A stretch of DNA of 57,649 nt from Actinomycetes bacterium (lineage in GTDB: Bacteria > Actinomycetota > Actinomycetes > Streptosporangiales > Streptosporangiaceae), in the NCBI GenBank assembly GCA_021793235.1, contig JAJYTD010000024.1:1-57649 (forward strand), in the 5' to 3' direction. The notes under the pieces are model-generated. The model did not search any database. It saw only the letters and a program-made list of their open reading frames with translations, and was not told the origin of the DNA. Position 1 is the stretch's first letter. Every line of letters begins with the position of its first letter. Below are positions 1-10,370 of this stretch, piece by piece. The translations under genes were made by a program, and so were the position numbers.

Positions 1-147
1 TCCAGTCCGGGGTGGTGTGCCCGTCCTCCGTGCTCATTCTCTGTGACCGGCTCTGTGGTCGGCTCTGCGGCCGGCCGCCCGCCCGCCGCCCGCCATGCGG
101 GCAGGCACTACCCCGGCGCCCCTTCCGCGGCCGGGACCGCGAGACTA

Positions 148-186
148 CCCTCAATTTATTTACTCTCAGTAACTATTTGCGAGGGT
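148..186. promoter_or_regulatory. AT-rich operator-like segment with inverted repeat (TTACT-ctc-AGTAA, flanked by CCCTC/GAGGG) upstream of the betaine-synthesis genes
   Basis: Seen directly: a low-GC stretch 'ccctcaatttatttactctcagtaactatttgcgaggg' in otherwise about 70% GC DNA, immediately 5' of the aldehyde dehydrogenase ORF. A BetI/TetR-type operator is an inference. Confidence 0.3.
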
Positions 187-276
187 GTTGCGTGATGCGC
201 GCCACTGGTGTGTGCGCGGGGCTTCTCCGTCTATGCAGGCCACAGACTTCTTGGGGATAGTCTCGGTCGAGTAAAG

Positions 277-1851
277 ATGAGAAAGGGGTTGTTTGTGACT
301 ATTTTTTCCGGGCACGACCGTTCCGTGACGCAACCCTACGTAACTCTTCCGAGTAAGCGATACCTGTCCGAACCAGGATCGGGCAGCGCGGAGAGCTGCT
401 ACATCGACGGTGCCTGGCGGCCCGCCATTGAAGGCGGTGTCCGCGACATCATCAACCCCTACGACGCGTCCGTGCTCACGGTCGTCAGCGAGGGCGATGC
501 GGCCGACGCCGACGCCGCGGTCGCCGCCGCCCGATCCGCGTTCGACAAAGGAGACTGGCGGCACCGCCCGGCGAGTGAGCGCGGCGAGATCCTGAACCGC
601 ATCGCCGACCTGCTGCAGCGCGACCGCGACGAGATCGCTCTCATGGAGTCGCTGGACACCGGCAAGACCATCGAAGAGGGCGGCATCGACGTCGACGATG
701 TCACCGCGGTGTTCCGCTACTACGCCGGACTCGCCGACAAGGACGCCGGTCGCATCATCTCCACGCCTCAGGGCGTGTTCAGCCGGGTGGTCTATGAACC
801 TGTCGGGGTCTGCGCGATGATCACCCCCTGGAACTACCCGCTGCTCCAGCTCGCCTGGAAGGTGGCCCCGGCGATCGCGGCCGGGAACACCATGGTCGTC
901 AAGCCGAGCGAGATCACCCCGGTCACCACCTGCGCGCTCGTCGAGCTCTGCACCGAGGCGGGGGTGCCCGCCGGAGTCGTCAACCTGGTGCTCGGCACTG
1001 GGGCACAGGTGGGCGCCGCCATGGTGGAAAGCCCCGATGTCGACCTCGTCTCCTTCACCGGGGGCCTGGCCACGGGGCGGCGGATCATGGCGAGTGCCGC
1101 CGAAACGGTCAAGAAGGTCGCCCTGGAACTGGGCGGAAAGAACCCCAACATCATCTTTCCCGACGTCGACCTCGACACCGCTGTGGACTACGCGATGTCC
1201 GCCGCGTTCTTCCACTCCGGCCAGGTCTGCTCCGCCGGCGCCCGGCTGATCGTGCACGAGGACGTCCACGACGCGTTCGTCGCCGAGCTGGCCCGCCGCG
1301 CCGACCGGGTCAGGATCGGCTGCGGCCAGGTCGAGGGCGTGCGGTCGGGGCCGCTGGTCTCTGCTGAGCACCGCGCCAAGGTCGAGGCCGCCGTGGCCCG
1401 CGGTATCGAGGAGGGGGCAAGGGTCGTCGCCGGAGGCAAGCGGCCCGACGATCCCGAACTCGCCAAGGGCTTCTTCTACCGCCCCACCGTGCTCGCCGAC
1501 TGCCATCGCGGGATGGACATCGTGCAGATGGAGGTCTTCGGTCCCGTTGTCACGGTGGAGAAGTTCCGCACCGAGGCCGAAGCCATCGAGCTGGGCAACG
1601 ACACCGACTACGGGCTGTCCGGGGCGGTGTGGACCAACGACACCGGGCGAGGGGAACGGGTGGCCGCGGCCCTGCGCCACGGCACAGTCTGGATCAACGA
1701 CTTCGGACCGTACTTCCCCGCCGCCGAGTGGGGCGGGCTCAAACGCTCCGGAGTCGGCCGCGAGCTGGGCCAGGCCGGACTGGACGAGTACCGGGAGGCC
1801 AAGCACATCTACCGCAACCTGGATCCCACGCCGCAGCGCTGGTTCGAGTAA
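277..1851 (+). CDS. NAD-dependent aldehyde dehydrogenase, likely betaine-aldehyde dehydrogenase
   Basis: The ORF translation carries ALDH hallmarks (ITPWNYP, VVKPSE, ELGGKNP, FFHSGQVCSAG, EVFGPV). It lies directly upstream of choline oxidase. The start is uncertain: ATG 277, GTG 298 or GTG 325 are all in frame. Confidence 0.85.
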   Translation: MRKGLFVTIFSGHDRSVTQPYVTLPSKRYLSEPGSGSAESCYIDGAWRPAIEGGVRDIINPYDASVLTVVSEGDAADADAAVAAARSAFDKGDWRHRPASERGEILNRIADLLQRDRDEIALMESLDTGKTIEEGGIDVDDVTAVFRYYAGLADKDAGRIISTPQGVFSRVVYEPVGVCAMITPWNYPLLQLAWKVAPAIAAGNTMVVKPSEITPVTTCALVELCTEAGVPAGVVNLVLGTGAQVGAAMVESPDVDLVSFTGGLATGRRIMASAAETVKKVALELGGKNPNIIFPDVDLDTAVDYAMSAAFFHSGQVCSAGARLIVHEDVHDAFVAELARRADRVRIGCGQVEGVRSGPLVSAEHRAKVEAAVARGIEEGARVVAGGKRPDDPELAKGFFYRPTVLADCHRGMDIVQMEVFGPVVTVEKFRTEAEAIELGNDTDYGLSGAVWTNDTGRGERVAAALRHGTVWINDFGPYFPAAEWGGLKRSGVGRELGQAGLDEYREAKHIYRNLDPTPQRWFE

Positions 1852-1865
1852 TCCCCCTGAGCGAT

Positions 1866-1895
1866 GCGGGCGGGGAAAGGCGGTCCCCGCCCGGC
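1866..1895 (+). terminator. GC-rich hairpin (GCGGGCGGGG...CCCCGCCCG) after the aldehyde dehydrogenase stop
   Basis: Perfect stem seen 15 nt after the stop codon. There is no clear U-tract, as is typical for actinobacterial terminators. Confidence 0.4.
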
Positions 1896-1950
1896 CCGGC
1901 CACACGGCCCGCGCGGCCGTGCTCTGTGCCTGGCCGTCCTATACCCACCC

Positions 1951-2040
1951 CTGACTGACCCTGCCCGATCCTGCCCGACCCTGTCCGGATCTACCCGAGC
2001 TTGCCCGGACTCGCCGGTCTTGCCGTGACCTGTCCGGCCG
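1951..2040. repeat. Degenerate tandem array of a roughly 9-bp unit (CCTGCCCGA-like, about 9-10 copies)
   Basis: Seen: ctgactgaccctgcccgatcctgcccgaccctgtccggatctacccgagcttgcccggactcgccggtcttgccgtgacctgtccggcc. Confidence 0.5.
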
Positions 2041-2121
2041 GTTCTGGCCGCGCGTGCCCAATGCACGACCGCGTCCACCGACGGCAGGAACCAGAAGTAG
2101 ACGCCTGAAAGGAGTCGTCCT

Positions 2122-3675
2122 GTGTCCGCAAACGAGTCCACCTTCGATTACGTGATCGTGGGCGGAGGCACCGCCGGGTCGGTGATCGCCAACCGGCTCA
2201 CCGAAGACCCCGGCACCCGTGTGTGCGTCATCGAGGGCGGACCCTCCGATGTCGGCCTGGAACGGGTCCTCAACCTGCGCGACTGGCTCGGGCTGCTGGG
2301 CAGCGACCTTGACTACGGATACACCACGGTGGAGCAGCCGCGGGGCAACTCCCACATCGTGCACTCCCGGGCACGCGTGCTGGGCGGCTGCTCCTCGCAC
2401 AACACGCTGATCAGCTTCCGACCGTTCGCCCGGGACATGGACGAATGGGTGGCGGCCGGGGCCGAAGGGTGGGACAACGCCACCGTCCAGGCCTATGCCG
2501 ACCGGATCAAATGCAACATCATCCCGATCGCACCCAAGGACCGCAACGAGATCGTCACCGACTGGATCACCGCGTCGGCCGCGGCGACAGGCGTCCCCGT
2601 CATCGAGGACTTCAACGCCGCGACCTCGCACGGCGGCGGATTCGCCGAAGGCGTCGGCTTCCTGTCGATCGCCTACGACCCCTACACCGGGTACCGGTCC
2701 TCGGCCTCGGTGGCCTACCTGCACCCGATCATGGGCGTGCGCGACAACCTCACGCTGCTCCTGGAGACCTGGGCGGACCGGCTGGTCTTCGACGGCGACC
2801 GTGCCGCCGGAGTCGAGGTCACCACCGCATCGGGGGAGCGGCGGACGATCCGCGCCGGGCGCGAGGTGATCCTGTGCGCCGGAGCCATCGACACCCCGCG
2901 ATTGCTCCTGCTGTCAGGCGTCGGCCCTGCCGACGACCTGCGGAAGGTCGGAATCGACGTGCGGCACGACCTTCCGGGCGTGGGCGAGAACCTGCTGGAC
3001 CACCCGGAGTCGATCATCATGTGGGAGACCACTCGGCCGGTTCCGGAGACCACCGTCATGGACTCCGACGGAGGGCTGTTCATCCGCCGTGACACCAGCG
3101 ACCCCCGACCCGACCTGATGTTCCACATCTACCAGATCCCGTTCGACGACAACACGGCCCGGCTCGGCTACGACTCGCCCGGTCCGCGCAACGCGATCTG
3201 CATGACGCCGAACATCCCGCGTTCACGCTCCCGCGGCAAACTGTGGCTGACCAGCTCCGACCCGAAGGACAAGCCGGCACTGGACTTCCGCTACTTCACC
3301 GACCCCGACGACTACGACGCCACCACCATCGTCGACGGGCTCAAGATCGCCCGCGAGATCGCCGCCACCGAACCGTTCGCCTCCTGGATCAAGCGCGAGG
3401 TCGCCCCCGGCCCGCGCTTGACCACCGACGCGGACCTCTCGGAGTACGGCCGCCGCGCGGCGCACACCGTCTACCACCCGGCCGGGACCTGCAAGATGGG
3501 CGCCGTTGACGACACCATGGCCGTCGTCGACCCCACGCTGAAGGTGCGGGGCCTGTCCGGGCTGCGCGTGGCCGACGCTTCCGTGTTCCCCACCATGCCG
3601 TCGCCCAATCCGATGGTCACCGTTCTGGCGATCGGCGAACGCGCCGCCGATCTCATCCGTGCCGACCGCGGGTGA
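2122..3675 (+). CDS. codA: Choline oxidase (GMC oxidoreductase)
   Basis: N-terminal FAD fold DYVIVGGGTAGSVIANRL. GMC motifs are present throughout. There is close collinear similarity to Arthrobacter-type choline oxidase (RPDLMFH..PFDDNT, DFRYFTDPDDYD, HPAGTCKMG). An RBS 'gaaaggag' precedes the GTG start. Confidence 0.85.
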   Translation: MSANESTFDYVIVGGGTAGSVIANRLTEDPGTRVCVIEGGPSDVGLERVLNLRDWLGLLGSDLDYGYTTVEQPRGNSHIVHSRARVLGGCSSHNTLISFRPFARDMDEWVAAGAEGWDNATVQAYADRIKCNIIPIAPKDRNEIVTDWITASAAATGVPVIEDFNAATSHGGGFAEGVGFLSIAYDPYTGYRSSASVAYLHPIMGVRDNLTLLLETWADRLVFDGDRAAGVEVTTASGERRTIRAGREVILCAGAIDTPRLLLLSGVGPADDLRKVGIDVRHDLPGVGENLLDHPESIIMWETTRPVPETTVMDSDGGLFIRRDTSDPRPDLMFHIYQIPFDDNTARLGYDSPGPRNAICMTPNIPRSRSRGKLWLTSSDPKDKPALDFRYFTDPDDYDATTIVDGLKIAREIAATEPFASWIKREVAPGPRLTTDADLSEYGRRAAHTVYHPAGTCKMGAVDDTMAVVDPTLKVRGLSGLRVADASVFPTMPSPNPMVTVLAIGERAADLIRADRG

Positions 3676-3726
3676 TGCGAGACGGCCACCCAATGCCGCT
3701 GCGTGCCGCGCGTGTCACGCTTGCCA

Positions 3727-4041
3727 TCAGCGTTCGCGGCGGATGCGCCGAATGACCCAGTAGACGTTCAGGCAGGCGGCGAGGAAGCACGCGGCGAGGA
3801 AGACCATCAGCGGGATCGAGTCCGCCACCACCCACGCCAGTATCGCCCCGACGAGCAGCACCACCGCCCCGAACACGGCGAGTACGGTTCGGCAGCCCAA
3901 CGCGCTGGCCGGACGGTCATGGCTTCCCAAGGGTCTGCTGGGCCGCTCGTGACGCATGTCGGTCCGCTCCTTCGCTGGTCGATCCGTCGTTGGACATGGC
4001 CGGGGCCCGCGGTCCTCTCCGCTTTGGCCGCGGCCCCGCAC
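3727..4041 (-). CDS. Small hypothetical membrane protein (two predicted TM helices)
   Basis: ORF with a hydrophobic C-terminal half (LAVFGAVVLLVGAILAWVV...MVFLAACFLAACLNVYWVI). The start may be the internal Met at about 3957. Confidence 0.35.
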   Translation of the reverse strand: MRGRGQSGEDRGPRPCPTTDRPAKERTDMRHERPSRPLGSHDRPASALGCRTVLAVFGAVVLLVGAILAWVVADSIPLMVFLAACFLAACLNVYWVIRRIRRER

Positions 4042-4054
4042 GCCGCCCCGCTGA

Positions 4055-5161
4055 TCAGGGGCTCAGCGAGAAACGCAGCAGAGCGCCCGTACTGTCCTCG
4101 GCTTCGTCCGAACCCGGGAGCAGGGTGAACGCAGAGTCGGTGGACTGTGCGGCACGCAGCATCAGGGCGCTCGCCGGCGCCTCGATCGCTTCCGTCGGAT
4201 CGGTGAGCTCGTAGCGGTCCTGGGCCAGTTCCAGCGGGTCTGTCCGCGAGGCCCAGAGCAGCGGTTCGCCCCTGCGGTCCTCGTTGAGCAGCAGCCGGTC
4301 CACCTGGCCCAAACGCAGCGCCGACACCGTGTCACCGAGGCCTTCCACGGCCCGGCCCTCCCGGTTCACGTCGCTGATGAAGTCGAGGACACGACCCGAG
4401 CGCAGCGCCTCGGCGGTCTCCCGCAACCCGTCGTCGACCGCCCTACGCAGTTCCTCCATTGCGTCGTGGTCGCCGCGCCCTCCACGGTCGAGCTCGATCA
4501 CCAGCTCCTTGGTGCGTTCGCTGAGATGCTCCTGCAGCTTGCCGCGCGCCCGTTCGTCGCCGCCGATGAACACCAGGCTCGCGGACACCATGTCGACGGC
4601 GTCCTCGACATCGCGGGCGACCTCAGCGGCGTTGGAGAACCAGACCTCTTCGGTGTGGTACTGCTGGTGCTTCTGCCGCCACCCGCCGCTCGGCACCTTG
4701 TTGATGTGCAGGGTGGCCCCGTTGAAGTGCCGCTCTCCCACGAGATCACCGTGCGCCGGGTAGGCGTATACGTCCGCGCCCACACGGTCGGTGGCGACGA
4801 CGACGTAGGGGACGCCTTCGTCGAGGTCGGCCACGAGCTCGATCGGATCGGCGACGGGCCACCACGAGGCCCGGTCCGTGGCCGGAGGCCGGGAGAGCGT
4901 GTAGGCCGCGAGCAGTTCACCCCGGGCGGCGAACAGGGCCTCTCCCTGTGGTCCCGGGATCCCCTTGGCGCCTCCGGCTGCGCTGTCGAGCGCCTTCAGG
5001 GTCTCCTCATCGGCCCCTTTCTCGGCGAGTTGCTCGCGTTGCCCTCGCCATCGCAGCTCTATCTCATGTGCCGAGTTCTCCGTGGTGCGCGTCGTGTCCA
5101 GATAGACCGATGCGACCGGTCCGGCCGCCCGGTAGAGCCGTTCGAGAAAAGCCAGTTCCAT
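4055..5161 (-). CDS. eRF1-domain protein of the Rv2629 / bacterial-archaeal eRF1-like family
   Basis: The translation from MELAFLERLYRAAGPVASVYLDTTRTTENSAHEIELRWR onward, and its roughly 368-aa length, match my recollection of the actinobacterial Rv2629-like family. The start is chosen at the internal ATG (5161) by family length. Confidence 0.55.
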   Translation of the reverse strand: MELAFLERLYRAAGPVASVYLDTTRTTENSAHEIELRWRGQREQLAEKGADEETLKALDSAAGGAKGIPGPQGEALFAARGELLAAYTLSRPPATDRASWWPVADPIELVADLDEGVPYVVVATDRVGADVYAYPAHGDLVGERHFNGATLHINKVPSGGWRQKHQQYHTEEVWFSNAAEVARDVEDAVDMVSASLVFIGGDERARGKLQEHLSERTKELVIELDRGGRGDHDAMEELRRAVDDGLRETAEALRSGRVLDFISDVNREGRAVEGLGDTVSALRLGQVDRLLLNEDRRGEPLLWASRTDPLELAQDRYELTDPTEAIEAPASALMLRAAQSTDSAFTLLPGSDEAEDSTGALLRFSLSP

Positions 5162-5304
5162 GATGTCCGGGCCGTCCGCATCGGGGTACGCCCCGTCTTC
5201 ACCTCCTGACGCCGGATCGCCGCCTTTTCGCATCCACTGCCCGGCACGGTCAACGGCATGCGGTGCGCGGTGAACTCTTTACCGCCGTGGGCGGCCGTCG
5301 CCGT

Positions 5305-5337
5305 CCGGTTGCCGACCGGTTGCCGACCGGTTGCCCA
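5305..5337. repeat. 3x tandem 11-bp repeat CCGGTTGCCGA
   Basis: Seen: ccggttgccgaccggttgccgaccggttgccc. Confidence 0.6.
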
Positions 5338-5416
5338 GGCACGGTGTGGAACGCGGTTTCGGCATCGACCGCGGGGGTAGCGGAAGGCGAGCGGTGACGT
5401 CGAATCGCCGGAAGGG

Positions 5417-5629
5417 ATGCGCACCATGGAACGCGGTAGCAGCAAACACGGACCCAGGGTCGACGACCAGATGGCCGGCGAGATCGAAGGCGTCGTGCGA
5501 AGCGGCCATCCGACGCGTGCCCAAGAAGGACGCGAACCCGAGCCCGTGGTCAACGACGATGGCGACCCCGCGATGGCTCCCGAAGCGGAGAAGGAAACGA
5601 CAGAAGAGGAAACGGCCGAAGAGGAGTGA
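5417..5629 (+). CDS. Small acidic hypothetical protein
   Basis: 70-aa ORF with a highly acidic C-terminus (EAEKETTEEETAEEE) and good GC3 bias. Function unknown. The start may be ATG 5426. Confidence 0.3.
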   Translation: MRTMERGSSKHGPRVDDQMAGEIEGVVRSGHPTRAQEGREPEPVVNDDGDPAMAPEAEKETTEEETAEEE

Positions 5630-5692
5630 CCTGATCCGCCGGGCGCGGACCGGCCCCGTTCGCGGGCCGGTCCGCACGGTTCCTCCGGCGGG

Positions 5693-7990
5693 TCACCCCT
5701 CGGCGAAGGCCGCGGGGAGGGTGGACTCGTAGGCGTCGCGCAGTTCGGGCAGTTCGATGGCGAACCCGCCGCCGGGGTGGGTGACCTGGAGCGCGGTTCC
5801 GCCGACCGTGCCGATTTCGGTGAGCGGGACGCTGTGCCGGGTGCACAGCTCGGCGAAGGCCGCTTCGGCGTCCGGGCGCACCGCCACGATCGCCCGCGCG
5901 GTCGACTCGCTGAACAGCGACACGAACGGGTCGTCGACGCGGACCGAGCAGCCGATGCCTCCGCGCATCGCCGACTCCGCGAGCGCGACCGCCAGGCCGC
6001 CATCGGAGAGGTCGTGCGCCGCGGCGGCCACACCGTACTCGGCGGCCTCGGCCAGCACCGCGCCGAGCGCGGCCTCGGCGTCCAGGTCGACCCGCGGCGG
6101 CAGCCCGCCGAGGTGGTCGTGGACGACCCCGGCCCACACCGAACCGCCCAGCTCGTCGGCCGTCTCACCGAGCAGGAAGATTTTCGCGCCGTCGGTGTCC
6201 GGGGTGAAAGCCGTGGTCAGCCGGTCGTGCACGTCGCTGATGACACCCAGCACCCCGATGACCGGCGTGGGGTTGATCGCCGTATTGCCGGTCTGGTTGT
6301 AGAAGCTGACGTTGCCGCCGGTGACCGGTGTGCCAAGCTGCGCGCAGGCGTCGGCCAGACCGCGGGTGGACTCGGCGAACTGCCACATCACCCCCGGGTC
6401 CTCCGGTGAACCGAAGTTCAGGCAGTTGGTCACCGCGATAGGGCGGGCACCGGTCGCGGCGACGTTGCGGTAGGCCTCGGCATAGGCCGCCTGAGTGCCG
6501 GCGTAGGGGTCGAGCCGGGTGTAGCGGCCGTTGCCGTCGGTGGCGAGCGCGATTCCGCGGTCGGATTCGTCGGTCACCCGGATCATGCCGCCATCGTGCG
6601 GGGCGGCGAGCACGGTGTTGCCGAGCACGTAGCGGTCGTACTGCTGGGTGACCCAGGTGGGGTCGCAGACGCCCGGGGCGGCCAGGACGCGCAGCACCTG
6701 CTCGCGCAGGTCGGCGTCGGTCTTGGGGCGGTCCAGCCGGTCCGGGGTGTCGGCCTGCAGGTCGTCCTGTTCGATGGGGCGGACGTAGGGGCGCTCGTAG
6801 ACGGGCCCTTCGTCGGCGGCGGTGCGCGGCGGCAGGTCCACTATGGTCTGCCCGTGCCAGGTCATCACCAGCCGGCCACCGCGGTCGGCCTCTTCATCGG
6901 TGACGTCGGTGACCTCGCCGATCACGGTCGCGAGGATGTTCCACCTGGCGCAGATCTCCATGAATTCGTCGAGCTTGCCCGGCTCGACGATGGCCATCAT
7001 CCGCTCCTGGGACTCGCTCATCAGGACCTCTTCGGGGGTGAGCCGGGGGTCGCGCAGCGGAACCCGGTCCAGCTCGATGCGCATGCCCCCGGTGCCGGCC
7101 GCGGCGAGCTCAGTGGTGGAGCAGGAGACTCCGGCGGCGCCGAGGTCTTGGACGCCGACGACCAGGTCCCTGCGGAACAGCTCCAGGCTGCACTCGATCA
7201 GCAGCTTCTCCATGAAGGGGTCGCCCACCTGGACACTGGGCCGCTTGGCCTGGCTCTCGTCGTCGAAGGTGGCGCTGGCCAGCACCGAGGCCCCGCCGAT
7301 CCCGTCGGGCCCGGTCGTGGCGCCGAACAGAACGACCTTGTTGCCGGGGCCGGGCGCCTGGGCGAGCTTGATGTCCTCGTGCCGCATCACGCCCACGCAC
7401 AAGGCGTTGACCAGTGGGTTTCCGGAGTACCCGGGGTCGAACCCCAGTTCTCCGCCGATGTTGGGCAGACCGAGGCAGTTGCCGTAGAAGGAGATGCCGG
7501 AGACCACACCGGGCAGCACACGGTGGGTGTCGGGTGCGTCGACCGGGCCGAACCGCAGCGCGTCCATGACGGCGACCGGGCGTGCCCCCATGGTCAGGAT
7601 GTCGCGGACGATGCCGCCGACACCGGTCGCCGCGCCCTGGTGCGGCTCGACGTAGGAAGGGCTGTTGTGCGATTCGATCTTGAAGGTCACGGCGTAGCCT
7701 TCGCCGACGTCGACTACACCCGCGTTCTCGCCCATGCCGACGAGCAGGGCGTCGCTTCGCGGTGCCTTCTCGCCGAACTGGCGCAGGTGCACCTTGGAGC
7801 TCTTGTAGGAGCAGTGCTCGCTCCACATCACCGAGTAGATGGCCAGTTCAGCGGAGGTGGGGCGGCGCCCGAGGATTTCCCGGACCCGCGCGTACTCGTC
7901 GTCGGCCATGCCGAGCTCGGCGTAGGGCTGGGAGGTCTGCGGCGTGCTGCGGGCCGTGCTAACGGTATCGGGCTGTGCTGCGTCGGGCAT
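5693..7990 (-). CDS. purL: Phosphoribosylformylglycinamidine synthase subunit PurL
   Basis: 765-aa ORF with diagnostic PurL motifs ([21 protein letters not shown], duplicated AIR-synthase-like domains). Confidence 0.95.
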   Translation of the reverse strand: MPDAAQPDTVSTARSTPQTSQPYAELGMADDEYARVREILGRRPTSAELAIYSVMWSEHCSYKSSKVHLRQFGEKAPRSDALLVGMGENAGVVDVGEGYAVTFKIESHNSPSYVEPHQGAATGVGGIVRDILTMGARPVAVMDALRFGPVDAPDTHRVLPGVVSGISFYGNCLGLPNIGGELGFDPGYSGNPLVNALCVGVMRHEDIKLAQAPGPGNKVVLFGATTGPDGIGGASVLASATFDDESQAKRPSVQVGDPFMEKLLIECSLELFRRDLVVGVQDLGAAGVSCSTTELAAAGTGGMRIELDRVPLRDPRLTPEEVLMSESQERMMAIVEPGKLDEFMEICARWNILATVIGEVTDVTDEEADRGGRLVMTWHGQTIVDLPPRTAADEGPVYERPYVRPIEQDDLQADTPDRLDRPKTDADLREQVLRVLAAPGVCDPTWVTQQYDRYVLGNTVLAAPHDGGMIRVTDESDRGIALATDGNGRYTRLDPYAGTQAAYAEAYRNVAATGARPIAVTNCLNFGSPEDPGVMWQFAESTRGLADACAQLGTPVTGGNVSFYNQTGNTAINPTPVIGVLGVISDVHDRLTTAFTPDTDGAKIFLLGETADELGGSVWAGVVHDHLGGLPPRVDLDAEAALGAVLAEAAEYGVAAAAHDLSDGGLAVALAESAMRGGIGCSVRVDDPFVSLFSESTARAIVAVRPDAEAAFAELCTRHSVPLTEIGTVGGTALQVTHPGGGFAIELPELRDAYESTLPAAFAEG

Positions 7991-8037
7991 GAGTCATCCG
8001 TTCAAGACGCGGGCGCGAAACTGGCGCGGTGGATCGA

Positions 8038-8550
8038 TCAGGAGGACGGGGCCTGTGCGTGCGCGAGCATCAGGCCGGCCGTGGACTCGGTGTCATAGGG
8101 AGTGGTGCTGACCTGGACCATGACGGACCCGTTGGTGAGATAGGACTCGGTGATCGGGACGTCGTCGGGATCGGCGGCCTCGCCCCCCTCCTCCGGGGGG
8201 AGCACCGTGGCCCATCCCCGGTCGAGCAGGTGCTCGTGGACGGCCTCGGCGGCGGCTTCGCCATCGGCGTCCTCCTCCTCGGAGGTGATGCCGACGAGGC
8301 GGAAGCATTCACTGGTCTGGCACTGCTCGCCCAGGTCGGTGTAGGAGGTGCCGCCGGGAGCCTTTCCCAGCTCCTCCATCGAGGGCGCGGGCACGGGATC
8401 GGCCGTGGCGGCCGCATCAGAAGAGGCCTCCGGTGGAGCGGGGGCGCTCAGCGCGTTGAACAGGCCGGCCGCTCCGGTGGCCACCAGACCGAGGGTCGTC
8501 AAGGTGGCCAGGACGTACATCGCCGTCTTGGAGCGCAGCTGCGCCATCAT
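8038..8550 (-). CDS. Hypothetical secreted or membrane-anchored acidic protein
   Basis: N-terminal signal/TM (MYVLATLTTLGLVATGAAGLF), then an acidic D/E/A/P-rich body. It sits between purL and purQ. Confidence 0.5.
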   Translation of the reverse strand: MMAQLRSKTAMYVLATLTTLGLVATGAAGLFNALSAPAPPEASSDAAATADPVPAPSMEELGKAPGGTSYTDLGEQCQTSECFRLVGITSEEEDADGEAAAEAVHEHLLDRGWATVLPPEEGGEAADPDDVPITESYLTNGSVMVQVSTTPYDTESTAGLMLAHAQAPSS

Positions 8551-8591
8551 CGTGAAGAACGTCCCCCGGGGTGTCGCTGGTTGTGGTCGGG

Positions 8592-9299
8592 TCAGCCGGT
8601 GGAGGCGGCGCGTACCGGCGAACCCTCGGTCAGGTGGGCGAGGATCGAGGTGAAGAAACCCAAGCCGTCGACCGAAGGGCCGGTGAGTTCTGCCACGGCG
8701 TGCTCAGGGTGGGGCATGAGGCCGACGACGTTGCCGTGGGCATTGGTGATCCCCGCGATGTCGCGCTGTGAGCCGTTGGGCGCGGTACCGACGTAGCGGG
8801 CCACGACGCGTCCGGTGCGCTCCAGTTCGTCGAGGGTCTCGGTGTCCGCGACGTAGTTGCCTTCGCCGCTCTTGAGCACCAGCACGGCCTCTTGCCCGGT
8901 GGTGTAGCGGTTGGTCCAGGCGGTGTCGACGGCCTCGATACGCAGCGCCTGGTCGCGGTTGATGAAGTGCAGTGACCGGTTGCGGGTGAGCGCTCCCGGG
9001 AGCAGATGGCTCTCGCACAGGATCTGGAAGCCGTTGCAGATGCCCAGCACGGGCAGGCGGCCCGATGCCGCGGCGGGCACCAGCTCCGTCATGACCGGGG
9101 CGAACTGTGCGATGGCACCGCAGCGCAGGTAGTCACCGTAGGAGAAGCCGCCGGGGAGGACCACGGCGTCCACGCCCTTGAGGTCGGCGTCGTCGTGCCA
9201 GAGAGGGACGGGTTCCGCGCCGGCGATGCGCACCGCGCGCATGGCGTCGCGGTCATCGAGGGAACCGGGGAAGGTGATGACGCCCACGCGGGCTGTCAT
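8592..9299 (-). CDS. purQ: Phosphoribosylformylglycinamidine synthase glutamine amidotransferase subunit PurQ
   Basis: [18 protein letters not shown]...[17 protein letters not shown]...ICNGFQIL...HPEHA: class-I GATase triad context typical of PurQ. Confidence 0.9.
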   Translation of the reverse strand: MTARVGVITFPGSLDDRDAMRAVRIAGAEPVPLWHDDADLKGVDAVVLPGGFSYGDYLRCGAIAQFAPVMTELVPAAASGRLPVLGICNGFQILCESHLLPGALTRNRSLHFINRDQALRIEAVDTAWTNRYTTGQEAVLVLKSGEGNYVADTETLDELERTGRVVARYVGTAPNGSQRDIAGITNAHGNVVGLMPHPEHAVAELTGPSVDGLGFFTSILAHLTEGSPVRAASTG

Positions 9300-9387
9300 G
9301 GGCACTCTCCGAAAGAAATCGTCGGTGGGAGTCGGACCGGGTGGGAGTCGCGGTCATGCGACAGCGCATCCGCCTTCGAGGTTACCT

Positions 9388-9438
9388 GCAAAAAGCCGGA
9401 CGCGCGGTGCCGGGAGAATCACCTCGGGACCGCGCGTC
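9388..9438 (-). terminator. Rho-independent-type terminator for the RsbW-like gene
   Basis: 10-bp stem GACGCGCGGT/ACCGCGCGTC with a 21-nt loop, immediately at the stop. It is followed on the minus strand by CGGCTTTTTGC. Confidence 0.55.
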
Positions 9439-9883
9439 AGCAGAGGACAACGGTCGGGGAAGTTCCGCGACCGTTCTCCGGTGGTTCGTTCTCGTGCAGG
9501 CGCTTGCACAGCCGTACGATCGTGTTCCCTTCCTCCGCGCCGGTGAACGCCACATCTTCCATGAGTTGCCGCATCAGCAGAATGCCCCTGCCCGACTCTG
9601 CTTCGAGTTCTGGCAGGGGCACTCCGGCGCCGGTGAATTCCTGTCCTTTATGTGCGATCTCCAGGACGCACGAGTGTTCGTCCACGCGCGCGACGACTTC
9701 GTAGTCGGGAGCCGGAGCGCCGTGGTCGACGGCATTCGTGCACGCTTCGGAAGCGGCGAGGAGAATCTTGAAAACGCATTCGTCGCACAGTCCGCCGGTG
9801 CGCAGCGCCTCGCCTAGGAATTCCCGCATGACCGCGACGGTGTACGCCTCACGCGGCAATGTGATTGAAAATCTCATGTCCAT
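9437..9883 (-). CDS. Anti-sigma regulatory factor (Ser/Thr protein kinase, HATPase_c, RsbW-like)
   Basis: 148 aa. The N-box/G-box context (AASEACTNAVDHG...ESGRGILLMRQLMEDVAF) is typical of RsbW/SpoIIAB-type anti-sigma kinases. Confidence 0.7.
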   Translation of the reverse strand: MDMRFSITLPREAYTVAVMREFLGEALRTGGLCDECVFKILLAASEACTNAVDHGAPAPDYEVVARVDEHSCVLEIAHKGQEFTGAGVPLPELEAESGRGILLMRQLMEDVAFTGAEEGNTIVRLCKRLHENEPPENGRGTSPTVVLC

Positions 9884-9972
9884 CGGAAGCCCTCACGAGC
9901 GGTCGACACATTCCTCAGCGTTCCCGGGCGATACCCCACGAAACAGGGGTGATGGGCATGAGGAGGTCAACA

Positions 9973-10230
9973 CTACTCTACGCGCAGTTCGAAATCCTCG
10001 ATGACGGGATTGGCGAGCATCGTCTCGGCGAGGCGCCGGACGTCGGCGAGCTTGGCGTCGTCGAGTTCGCCCTCGACTTCCACTTCGAAGCGCTTGCCCT
10101 GGCGGACCTGGGTGATCCCGCCGAACCCGAGACGGCCGCAGGCCCCCACGATGGCCTGTCCCTGGGGGTCCAGGATCTCCGGTTTGAGCATGACGTCAAC
10201 GATGACGCGGGCCACGGGGTCCTCCATTGG
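9973..10230 (-). CDS. purS: Phosphoribosylformylglycinamidine synthase subunit PurS
   Basis: MEDPVARVIVDVMLKPEILDPQGQAIVGACGRLGF...FEVEVEG is the conserved PurS fold sequence. The ORF track's N-terminal extension was trimmed to Met 10230. Confidence 0.85.
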   Translation of the reverse strand, partial: PMEDPVARVIVDVMLKPEILDPQGQAIVGACGRLGFGGITQVRQGKRFEVEVEGELDDAKLADVRRLAETMLANPVIEDFELRVE

Positions 10231-10370
10231 TGCGTCGAACTTTGGGAGCAGAGGCCTCACCGAGTGATGGAGAGGGCAGCAAAAGCGTACGGCACCCGCG
10301 GACACCACGGCGTCCGGAGACGCCCGATCAGGCCTCCCTACCGCATTTTCGGCCGCCGTAACCCTTGTTT

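Noticed and set aside
166-1905. 579-aa minus-strand ORF
   Set aside because: Antisense shadow ORF of the aldehyde dehydrogenase gene.
6596-8098. 500-aa plus-strand ORF
   Set aside because: Antisense to purL.
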